A stretch of DNA of 44,126 bases, from assembly GCA_021413475.1 (NCBI GenBank), contig JAIOQJ010000325.1:1-44126 (forward strand), in the 5' to 3' direction. The translations under genes were made by a program, and so were the position numbers. The notes below the pieces were generated by a model, which saw only the letters and a program-made list of their open reading frames with translations, had not been told where the DNA came from and made no database searches. This DNA comes from Planctomycetota bacterium. GTDB lineage: Bacteria; Planctomycetota; Planctomycetia; Gemmatales; Gemmataceae. Below, piece by piece: positions 1-7,267 of the stretch. Every line of letters begins with the position of its first letter. The first letter of the stretch is position 1.

Positions 1-1
1 G

Positions 2-1531
2 CAGAATCTGATCTTGACCCGCAAGGGAAAGGTGAAAATTCTCGACTTCGGCTTAGCCCGTCTTCGGGAAGATCAATCGGATGCTGGACCAGCCACGCAG
101 AACATCGTGGTCGGCACGCCCGATTTTCTGTCACCGGAACAAGCCCGCGATTCGCACACGGTTGATATCCGTGCCGACATCTACGCACTTGGTTGCACCC
201 TGTATTTCTTGCTGACCAGGCGTGTGCCGTTTCCGTGCAATTCGTCGTTCGAGAAAATGCTGGCACACGCGTCAACGATGCCCGAGCCGGTTGATTCGTT
301 CCGTTCCGATGTTCCGCAGGAATTGAAGGCCATCCTCGCGACCATGATTGCGAAACGGGCCGAAGATCGTTTTCAAACCCCGCAGGAAGTCGTGGCCGCG
401 CTCGCTCCGTTCGCCAAACTGACGACGGCAGGTTCGTCCGCGATCGACACGCCGATGACTTCCCCGCGTCCGCCCGAAGTTGCCCCGCTCGATGAGAATC
501 CCGATGCGGACGCCGCCACGGCCGTACTTGTGTTCAAGCCGCAACAGCAGCGCCGCCGTACAAAGAACGGGCGTGCAAATAAGCCGAGTTGGCTGCCGAT
601 TGGACTGGCCGTCGGTGCGCTCGTGGCAGCCTGTTTGCTCGTATTCTTCCTGCTCCGCGATCCGTCGGACCCCCACAAGTCCAAGGCTGCTGAGTCAAAG
701 ACTGAGGTGGCGAAAAGTCGGCCGCAGGATCAGGTAGCGAAACAATTCAATTCGACACCAACTCAGCCCAAACTCAAGGAAAAGCTGCCTGCGACGCAGC
801 CCGAGGAGGTAAACCCGCCCGAAGTGAAGTTCCAACCTCCTGAGGGGAAGTTTCCGCCGGACGGCAAATTTCCGAAGTTTGATGGAAAAAAGGGCTTTCC
901 GCCACCTTTAAGGGAAGTTCGTTGGGAGGATGCCAAGTATCACGTGCTCATTGCGGTCGCGAAGAATGGGGCCTGGTTTGATGACTACGCACCGCTTCGC
1001 GGTAATTTGCAGCAGCAAGGGATTCACGTGTCGGTTGTGTCGTCCGAGTGGGGCACCATCACTCCCCAGTACAATCGCGGGCCTCGCGGAATGGAACTCG
1101 AGGCGAAATTTGCCTTCACCTCCGAATTTGACTTTCGAGAGTACGACGCGATTATCGTTATCGGCGGACAAGTAGACACCTTCAATCCCCAATTCACGGC
1201 CAAGAAAGACTGGATGAAGGAAGGAAAACAGGATCCCGCCAAGATGATCGGCGTGAAGTTGCAGAAGATGCTCGATGCGAACAAACTCGTCGCCGCCATC
1301 GGGTCCGGGCAGGCGGTCCTTGTCTGGCACAACATTCTCAAGGACGGCATGAAGGCGGCAAGAGTTGGTCACGACGAAGAATACGAGCTCGGCATGAAGT
1401 ATCCAAAGATCAAATGGAATGACTCGCAGGGCGTCGTCCGTGATGGTAACGTGATCACGGCCGGAGGTGCCCCGGATGCGGATCGATTGGCGGAAGAGAT
1501 TGTCCGGGCACTTGAGGGGACGAAGAAGTGA
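2..1531 (+). CDS. Ser/Thr protein kinase, 5'-truncated by the window edge. Layout: kinase domain, TM helix, Pro/Lys-rich linker, C-terminal DJ-1/PfpI-like domain lacking the nucleophile Cys
   Basis: The frame is open from base 2. QNLILTRKGKVKILDFGLARL gives the DFG motif and GTPDFLSPEQ the APE-type motif. TM segment WLPIGLAVGALVAACLLVFFLL. The C-terminal AIIVIGG...KLVAAIGSGQAVL...VVRDGNVITAGG matches the DJ-1/PfpI layout. Stop TGA at 1529-1531. Confidence 0.85.
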   Translation, partial: QNLILTRKGKVKILDFGLARLREDQSDAGPATQNIVVGTPDFLSPEQARDSHTVDIRADIYALGCTLYFLLTRRVPFPCNSSFEKMLAHASTMPEPVDSFRSDVPQELKAILATMIAKRAEDRFQTPQEVVAALAPFAKLTTAGSSAIDTPMTSPRPPEVAPLDENPDADAATAVLVFKPQQQRRRTKNGRANKPSWLPIGLAVGALVAACLLVFFLLRDPSDPHKSKAAESKTEVAKSRPQDQVAKQFNSTPTQPKLKEKLPATQPEEVNPPEVKFQPPEGKFPPDGKFPKFDGKKGFPPPLREVRWEDAKYHVLIAVAKNGAWFDDYAPLRGNLQQQGIHVSVVSSEWGTITPQYNRGPRGMELEAKFAFTSEFDFREYDAIIVIGGQVDTFNPQFTAKKDWMKEGKQDPAKMIGVKLQKMLDANKLVAAIGSGQAVLVWHNILKDGMKAARVGHDEEYELGMKYPKIKWNDSQGVVRDGNVITAGGAPDADRLAEEIVRALEGTKK

Positions 1532-1552
1532 CTCGTTCTAAATTGAAGACTC

Positions 1553-1634
1553 ATCACGAAAGCACGAAAGAAATGAAAACACGAAATTGAGCCAATGCTA
1601 TTTCGTGTTTTCATTTCTTTCGTGCTTTCGTGAT
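1553..1634. repeat. Family A palindromic hairpin, copy 1: perfect 35-bp stem, 12-nt loop
   Basis: 1553-1587 (atcacgaaagcacgaaagaaatgaaaacacgaaat) is the exact reverse complement of 1600-1634. It sits between convergent stop codons (1531 and 1654) and is followed by TTTTGATTT. Confidence 0.95.
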
Positions 1635-1653
1635 AAGGTTTTGATTTGCCCCA

Positions 1654-3138
1654 TCACTTAATCGAATTCAAATACGCCAGCAGATCCGCCATCGCCTGTT
1701 TGTCGATTTGCTTTTCCAATCCCTCGGGCATGAAGGATAACCCCGTCGAACGCAGGCTATCGATCTCCGCACGCGGCACGATTTCGCTGCGGCCGTCGAG
1801 CAGGCGGATCGTCACGCTGTTGGGCGTTTCCGCGGTGAGCATCCCCGAGAGCGTTTTGCCAGCCGTCGTTTCCAGGCTGTAGGCCAGGAACTGCGGTTTC
1901 ACTTCGCGGTTGGGGTCGAGGATGTTCAGGAGCATGTTCTCGGTGCCGCGATCGCGGATCGCCTTGAGGTCGGCACCGATCTCCTCGCCGACGCCTTCGA
2001 GCTTATGGCAGGCGGCACATTCCTTCTTGAAGATGGCCTTCCCCTTCAGCGGATCGCCCTTCAGGGTCAGCGAAGGCTGATAGTAATCGACCACATCCTT
2101 GCGTTTCGTCACGACCTTGCCGAAAAGTTCCTCGACTTGCACGCGTACCGAGCGGTTCGGCGATTTCATCAGCAACCCGACGCGAGCGGGGTCGATGTCG
2201 GCCCGGGCGATCTTCCCTTTTTCCACGGCTTCAAGGAACGCTTGCAGCCAGTTGGCCCTCGAGAGAAATACCTCCGTGGCTGTGGCCCGCACCGCGGGGC
2301 TGAGCGACGGCCAGATCTTTAGCAACAGGTCGGGTGCCTCAATGGGACCGACGCGCGAAAGCAACTCCAACGCGGCGATTTGCACCGCCCGCGGCTGGGT
2401 TGGTTTCAAGGAGATGGTGAAGATCGGTTGGAGTTCTTCGTACGATTGGATCGCCAGGGCACGGATCGCCGAGACGCGATCCGCTTCGGACGCCTTCGAA
2501 TCCTGGGCCGTTTCCATGGCCCGTTCGCGAAGCTGCATGAAGAGTCCCTTTGCATCGTTTTTTCGAAGCAGGGCCAAATTTTGCTCGGAGGCTCGGCGGA
2601 CGAGGGCCCCAAGAAGTTGAAACTGGAAGCCGACATCATCTTCGCGCAGGCGGCTGATGCCTCGCATCGCGGCGGTTCCAACGTAGCGGTTAGGGGTCGC
2701 TCCCGCTGTTTCGACCAGGGTTTCGATGAAGGCCCGTCCATCGGCCGTTTTTCGCAGATCCGGCTCGGCGATGAAATCGAGACGATCCAGGCCGGCGGAT
2801 TTCGACGTGGCCGCGCAAATGATCGCCAATCTCATCCAGGCATCGGCATGATCTTGTTTCACGAGATTCGTCAGGACCTCGCCCGCATCCAGATCGGACC
2901 CTGATAGAAACCAAAGTAGCTGATAGCGAACTCCAATGTCCTTGTGTTTCGCGAGGCTAATCATCTCGTCGTCCGAAAAATACACCTTATGACGCTCCGC
3001 GAGACGGAGTGCATGCGCGAGCACGCGTGGGTCGGCATCTTTCAAAGAAGAGCGGATTTTCCGCTGGAGCGTGTTTTCCCCATCGAGAGCGATTGCCGGA
3101 TCAATTTGGCCTTTGGCGGCACCTTCGATCGCATACAT
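1654..3138 (-). CDS. C-terminal fragment: HEAT-repeat region plus c-type cytochrome (heme-binding CxxCH) domain
   Basis: CAACHKLEG heme motif near the C-terminus. HEAT-like repeats (DPRVLAHALRLAE, RVSAIRALA). The frame stays open upstream of the ATG and encodes GRPIIKKESE, matching paralog [10 protein letters not shown]. No clear SD before ATG 3138. Confidence 0.7.
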   Translation of the reverse strand: MYAIEGAAKGQIDPAIALDGENTLQRKIRSSLKDADPRVLAHALRLAERHKVYFSDDEMISLAKHKDIGVRYQLLWFLSGSDLDAGEVLTNLVKQDHADAWMRLAIICAATSKSAGLDRLDFIAEPDLRKTADGRAFIETLVETAGATPNRYVGTAAMRGISRLREDDVGFQFQLLGALVRRASEQNLALLRKNDAKGLFMQLRERAMETAQDSKASEADRVSAIRALAIQSYEELQPIFTISLKPTQPRAVQIAALELLSRVGPIEAPDLLLKIWPSLSPAVRATATEVFLSRANWLQAFLEAVEKGKIARADIDPARVGLLMKSPNRSVRVQVEELFGKVVTKRKDVVDYYQPSLTLKGDPLKGKAIFKKECAACHKLEGVGEEIGADLKAIRDRGTENMLLNILDPNREVKPQFLAYSLETTAGKTLSGMLTAETPNSVTIRLLDGRSEIVPRAEIDSLRSTGLSFMPEGLEKQIDKQAMADLLAYLNSIK

Positions 3139-4352
3139 CTCGTGGAGTCGGCCGAGCGGCGAATTTGATTCGCTCTCCTTTTTAATGATTGGCCGTCCGG
3201 GGCGTTGATGAATTGCACCGGCCGATGCCAGATGTCTTTTGAGGCGAGGAACTCCTTCTCGGCATCGGCCCGCTCGGCCACGAACGTGACCCCCTTGGGA
3301 ACCAGCTTCGCGCGGTAGACGAGATTGTTGGCAACTTCACCGACGAAGGCGTTCCCCTGGAATTCCTTGGGAAATGCGTCGCCGCGGTAGACCGTGATGC
3401 CAGTCGCGCCGGTGAAGAAGCCGGAGGGTTGCCCACCTTCATCCGAGCCAGGGACGGTCCCATCTTTCCGCAACTTGGTTCGCAACATTCGCCACGGTTC
3501 GACTTCGCTGATGCGGTGCAGCTTGGTGAACTTGCCGCCGGGGGCGATGTTCACCGCCGGTGGCGGTGCTTGCATGGAGGGGCTATTCGCTAGGTAGCGA
3601 GTGTCGTAGACGAGATGATGGCAAGGCTCGCTGTTGCCGCAGACGAACGTGTTGCCCCAGTCGTCGAACGTCAATCCATGCTGCCCACCGCCACTCACGG
3701 TCTCGAATTTTCCCGTGCGCGGATCGAACAGGATATTGAGCCGGCGGACGCTCACGGGCTTGTCGTCTTTCACTCCCTGGCGGACGATATCGCCGCCGTC
3801 GATGCCGGTCGAGATCAGGATGCGATTGTCGAGACTCCAGCGGAACGAGTTCAAATGGCCTTCGCCCGCCTTGTCCGAACCAAAGCCGGAGAGGATGACC
3901 GTCTGTTTGTCGCCCTTGCAGTAGAGCAGGTGCGGTGCCGCCCCGACGAAAACACCGCCGTCCCATGGGAATACCGCCGTGGGGTAATCGAGATGATCGA
4001 CGACGATGGTCCGCTTGTCGAACTTGCCGTCGCCGTCAAGATCTTCGAGCATCACCACGCGGCCCTTGCCGTGCGGTTTCTTCGAACCGTACTGGTTGTA
4101 CTCGGGAAGTTCGACGACGAAGAGCCGGCCGTCCTCGTCGAACTCGGCCGCGGCTGGCGACTGCACCAACGGCTCGCCGGCCGCGAGTTCGATGCGGAAA
4201 GCCGGGTGAATCTCAAAGAGCTTGGCCGATTCTTCGGGCACCCGCGGCGGAATCCGCGGCAAGTCGTCCGCTGTGTCTTTCGCCTTTGGCGGTTGGGCGT
4301 AGGTCATCGGAAAGAGCAGGGCGGCCAGGTAAAAGGTTGCGAATGATCTCAT
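3042..4352 (-). CDS. N-terminal fragment: secreted membrane-bound-dehydrogenase (beta-propeller) domain; the last 49 codons are out-of-family frameshift tail
   Basis: Signal peptide MRSFATFYLAALLFPMTYAQ starts at ATG 4352; the track start at 4430 is less likely. Similar to the paralog throughout (LFVVELPEY, GHLNSFRW, RPVQFINAPDG). After PDG (3192) the sequence (QSLKRRANQIRRSADS...) has no family resemblance. Confidence 0.7.
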   Translation of the reverse strand: MRSFATFYLAALLFPMTYAQPPKAKDTADDLPRIPPRVPEESAKLFEIHPAFRIELAAGEPLVQSPAAAEFDEDGRLFVVELPEYNQYGSKKPHGKGRVVMLEDLDGDGKFDKRTIVVDHLDYPTAVFPWDGGVFVGAAPHLLYCKGDKQTVILSGFGSDKAGEGHLNSFRWSLDNRILISTGIDGGDIVRQGVKDDKPVSVRRLNILFDPRTGKFETVSGGGQHGLTFDDWGNTFVCGNSEPCHHLVYDTRYLANSPSMQAPPPAVNIAPGGKFTKLHRISEVEPWRMLRTKLRKDGTVPGSDEGGQPSGFFTGATGITVYRGDAFPKEFQGNAFVGEVANNLVYRAKLVPKGVTFVAERADAEKEFLASKDIWHRPVQFINAPDGQSLKRRANQIRRSADSTRCMRSKVPPKAKLIRQSLSMGKTRSSGKSALL

Positions 4353-4471
4353 GTCGTTGCGGCTCCGGGAGTACTTGTTCACCACCCACTTTACGGACGT
4401 GCCGACCGGAAATCCATAAGGGAATTCCAAGGGAATCGATTTCGAATTCGACTCGTGTTTGTTTTGGATTT

Positions 4472-4609
4472 AGCCCCGGATGGGGCTGCGGAATGTAGCC
4501 CCGGTCGAGGCTTTGCGAGGCCGGGGTTTCCGAATCAGGGTTCGATCGCCGCAACCCAGGGTTCGCAAAGCCTCACCCTGGGTTACATTCCGTCGCCCCA
4601 TCCGGGGCT
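4472..4609. repeat. 138-bp compound imperfect palindrome in a divergent intergenic region
   Basis: Outer arm 4472-4501 (agccccggatggggctgcggaatgtagccc) matches the reverse complement of 4580-4609 at 27 of 30 positions. Inner arm 4507-4526 partly pairs with 4555-4574 (gaggctttgcga exact). Each outer arm also holds a local hairpin, agcccc/ggggct. Confidence 0.9.
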
Positions 4610-4651
4610 CAAAGGCAGCTAAAAAACTTTGAACCTCTCTGGAGACACACC

Positions 4652-5203
4652 ATGGCCTTGACCCCTTCGACGATGGTCCCGCTCGGCACGCCCGCACCGG
4701 ACTTCCGCTTGCCCGATACGGATGGCAAGGTTGTGTCGCTCAGCGACTCCGCCGCTTCCCCGGCGCTCTTGGTCGCGTTCATCTGCAATCATTGCCCGTA
4801 CGTCAAATACGTGCAGGCGGCCTTCGCGACGTTCGCCAAGGAGTATCAGGCAAAAGGCGTGGCCGTCGTCGCCATCAGCAGTAATGATGCGATCAAGCAC
4901 CCCGATGATGGGCCGACGAAGATGGTCGAAGAGAAACGTGCGGTGGGTTACACGTTCCCGTACCTTTACGACGAATCGCAAGCGGTGGCCAAGGCTTACA
5001 AGGCGGCCTGCACGCCCGATTTCTTCGTCTACGATCGGCAAAGGAAATTGGTCTATCGCGGGCAGATGGATGACAGCCGGCCCGGCAACGGCAAGCCGAA
5101 CGATGGGGCTGATTTGCGAGCGGCGCTCGAAGCGGTGCTGGAAGGGAAAGCGGCACCCACGGTGCAGAAGCCGAGTGTTGGGTGCAACATCAAGTGGAAA
5201 TGA
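4652..5203 (+). CDS. Thioredoxin-fold thiol-disulfide oxidoreductase (AhpC/TSA-redoxin-like)
   Basis: APDFRLPDTDGKVVSL followed by the CxxC motif FICNHCPYV, then DFFVYD and GQMDDSRP, typical of this thioredoxin-like family. RBS tggaga upstream of the ATG. Confidence 0.8.
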   Translation: MALTPSTMVPLGTPAPDFRLPDTDGKVVSLSDSAASPALLVAFICNHCPYVKYVQAAFATFAKEYQAKGVAVVAISSNDAIKHPDDGPTKMVEEKRAVGYTFPYLYDESQAVAKAYKAACTPDFFVYDRQRKLVYRGQMDDSRPGNGKPNDGADLRAALEAVLEGKAAPTVQKPSVGCNIKWK

Positions 5204-5207
5204 TTAT

Positions 5208-5275
5208 GGCGAGTCGACTCCCGTCAAGGGCCGGAGTCAGAAAACACTCCGGCCCCTGACGGGAGCCGGCTCGCC
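5208..5275. repeat. GC-rich hairpin between convergent genes (30-bp stem, 3 mismatches or wobbles, 8-nt loop); likely bidirectional terminator
   Basis: 5208-5237 (ggcgagtcgactcccgtcaagggccggagt) pairs with 5246-5275 (actccggcccctgacgggagccggctcgcc). It lies between stop 5203 (+) and stop 5279 (-). Confidence 0.9.
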
Positions 5276-5278
5276 AAT

Positions 5279-7090
5279 TCACACATACAGCGGCACGGGC
5301 GAGCGATCGAAATCGAACGGCGGTTCGATGTACTCATCTTGATCGCCGCGATCGCGGAAGATGTGGAGGATACGGGCCCGGCCGAGGTCTTCGAACCGCG
5401 GTTCCGGATAATTTTCGGAGCGAAACGGCTCATCGAGTTGGAAGTCGTGGATGAGCACTTTCATCTTCGGCATGCCGACGAAATGATTCTCTTCGGCCCG
5501 CTTTTGCCCGGCCGACTTGTCGTAGACTTCGAAAAGTACCCGCAACACTTTCTTGAGCTTGCGGTAGTCGATGCCATCCTCGATGAAGATCAGATCGACC
5601 TGCAACGCACGCAGGAGGTGATAGACATACTGGCGCACATGGCGATGCATCACTTCGTGGTAGGGCGGCCCGACCGTCTGGGCGAGAAAGGCGGCATCGT
5701 CGCGTTCTTCATCCATTTCGTCGCGGGCCAGGCCAGGCATGAACCACAAGTGAGGCGCGAGCCAGAAACCCGAACCACCCGCATGCTCGTGGCCTTTCAC
5801 GTGCTTGAAGATCTTTTCGAGCCCGCGCAAAAACAGCCGGCGTTTCTGAATTTCATCGCGGCGGACCAACCGATCACGAAGTTGAGCGTCCGCGAGATCC
5901 TCGAGGCTCACGCACAGAGGCCAAGCGGGATCGAATTCGCGGGCTTGCGAATGGACCGATTCGACTAACCGGACGCCAACATCAATTTCCGAGGCGTCCG
6001 ACGGCTCCACATGAACATTGAAGCCTTGGTTGTGCAGGAGTTGCTGTACTCGTGGCAGTGCGGCCAAGGCCAGCGGACCAGCGACGTAGACCGACGGTTT
6101 ACAAGTACGCGATGGATTGTTTCGCCAGAGAACAAAGGCGAAGGTTCCACCGGATATCAGAATTCCCGGGGTGAGCCAAGCGACGGCCGCACCGAGCATC
6201 ACGGTCAACGGCATGTCGGCGTCGGAGCCTGCTTTGCCAAGCATGCGGCCGCCCGCCGCCATCGAGATGATGGCCAGCAATGCGAGTATAATCAAGGTGC
6301 TGGTGAGCCAAAGCAAGCGAGGCGAGGTCACCGACCAGACTCGCCGACTGTGTTCCGAGCGCCAAATAAATTGCACGTCCGGCCAGCGAGGCCAGAGAGC
6401 GAGCATCGTCGCGATGGCCAGAACCACGCCGCAAAAGGCGGGAACGATCCACAACGGCAGCGCCCAACTCGCCAGTACCACGCCTACCACATAGAGCGTC
6501 AGAAAACCAAGCTGGCCGCGGCTCATCTTTGGATCTTCGGTCCGGGCAGATGCTCGCGGAAATAGGTAATTGAAGAGCATGAAGGGGAAGTAAATTCCAC
6601 CGAGCGCACCCGCGAACAGCATTCCCCAAAGGGCGATCATTCCGACCAGATAGAGGGTGTAGCTCCCTTGGATTGCGTACGACCGCCAACTGTTGGGGAG
6701 ATAATTCCAGAGCGCAAGGGCACCAGCGGTCCAGAGTGTGAGAACGACGATCGTTACATGAACAGAGATCGGCAAAGCGCGGGGAATGGGCGGAGTACCG
6801 CGCAGGTCGGGCCCGAACTCGATTTTGAAGTAATCGGAACAGCGCGAGAGTTTCCAGACCTGTCGGCCTAGGTATTTAACCCAATCGAGTGGTACGGAGC
6901 GATGCCGGATTGCCACCAAAGCGACCAGCAGCACCAGCGAGGCCGCCCCGACGGTGTCGTAAAAGTCGTTGGCCGATTGGCGGCCAAAAAACTCAAGCGC
7001 GAGCACAGAGACGACCACGGAAGGTGTAAACCATCCGCCCTGTCGAAGAAGCTGTCGAACTTGAGGCAAACTCTGGGTGTGGAGCTTCAT
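5279..7090 (-). CDS. Hypothetical polytopic membrane protein (about 9-10 TM helices) with a C-terminal soluble domain of about 270 aa and unknown function
   Basis: 603-aa ORF with many hydrophobic helices in the first ~330 aa. An acidic/basic soluble tail follows. I recognise no family motif. Confidence 0.75.
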   Translation of the reverse strand: MKLHTQSLPQVRQLLRQGGWFTPSVVVSVLALEFFGRQSANDFYDTVGAASLVLLVALVAIRHRSVPLDWVKYLGRQVWKLSRCSDYFKIEFGPDLRGTPPIPRALPISVHVTIVVLTLWTAGALALWNYLPNSWRSYAIQGSYTLYLVGMIALWGMLFAGALGGIYFPFMLFNYLFPRASARTEDPKMSRGQLGFLTLYVVGVVLASWALPLWIVPAFCGVVLAIATMLALWPRWPDVQFIWRSEHSRRVWSVTSPRLLWLTSTLIILALLAIISMAAGGRMLGKAGSDADMPLTVMLGAAVAWLTPGILISGGTFAFVLWRNNPSRTCKPSVYVAGPLALAALPRVQQLLHNQGFNVHVEPSDASEIDVGVRLVESVHSQAREFDPAWPLCVSLEDLADAQLRDRLVRRDEIQKRRLFLRGLEKIFKHVKGHEHAGGSGFWLAPHLWFMPGLARDEMDEERDDAAFLAQTVGPPYHEVMHRHVRQYVYHLLRALQVDLIFIEDGIDYRKLKKVLRVLFEVYDKSAGQKRAEENHFVGMPKMKVLIHDFQLDEPFRSENYPEPRFEDLGRARILHIFRDRGDQDEYIEPPFDFDRSPVPLYV

Positions 7091-7267
7091 GTATTCATTT
7101 CACCCGATTTTGGTCCGAAAAACAATCTTTTCTGGCATATCCGGACAAAGGAATCGGTGAAAAAGGTAGAATCTCCGGGATGTTCCATTCCTCCCCGGGA
7201 AAAGGATTTTTCTACTTTCTCTCTATGCGACGGCATCGGCCGTGTTTCAGCGATGCCACAAAGCTAA

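Larger units (their letters stand above)
1654..4352 (-). pseudogene. Split PVC-type membrane-bound dehydrogenase / HEAT-repeat / cytochrome c gene (two overlapping frames; probable deletion plus frameshift)
   Basis: The intact in-window paralog (14312-17728) carries both halves in one polypeptide. Here the halves lie in different frames and overlap at 3042-3138. About 40 conserved residues between PDG and GRP are missing, and the junction is at 3189-3201. Confidence 0.5.

Noticed and set aside
1369-1614. Small ORFs encoded by hairpin repeats. Examples: 1369-1614, 21536-21832, 24853-25113, 25025-25255, 32109-32294, 32267-32458, 41524-41892, 41624-41842
   Set aside because: Their open frames are a by-product of palindromic repeats, with mirror-image peptides such as SRKHERMKARK / FRAFVISCFR and GRPRKAVLRR on both strands. 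They have no RBS and overlap real gene ends.
3181-3200. Programmed -1 ribosomal frameshift at the A5 run joining the two PVC-gene halves
   Set aside because: It is formally possible (Lys-tRNA slip on A AAA A, with GGAG nearby). However, there is no canonical X_XXY_YYZ heptamer. The frame-B sequence upstream of the run (GRPIIKK) matches the paralog, and about 39 conserved residues are missing. A deletion explains all three observations better. It is kept as an alternative to test.
3615-4346. 243-aa plus-strand ORF
   Set aside because: It is antisense to the dehydrogenase-domain fragment, which aligns with the in-window paralog. No motifs were found in it.
4536-4560. GGTTCGATC, a T-arm-like motif suggesting a tRNA
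   Set aside because: The surrounding sequence is the centre of the 138-bp palindrome. No acceptor stem, D-arm or anticodon-arm geometry can be drawn. I found no tRNA, rRNA or tmRNA in the window.
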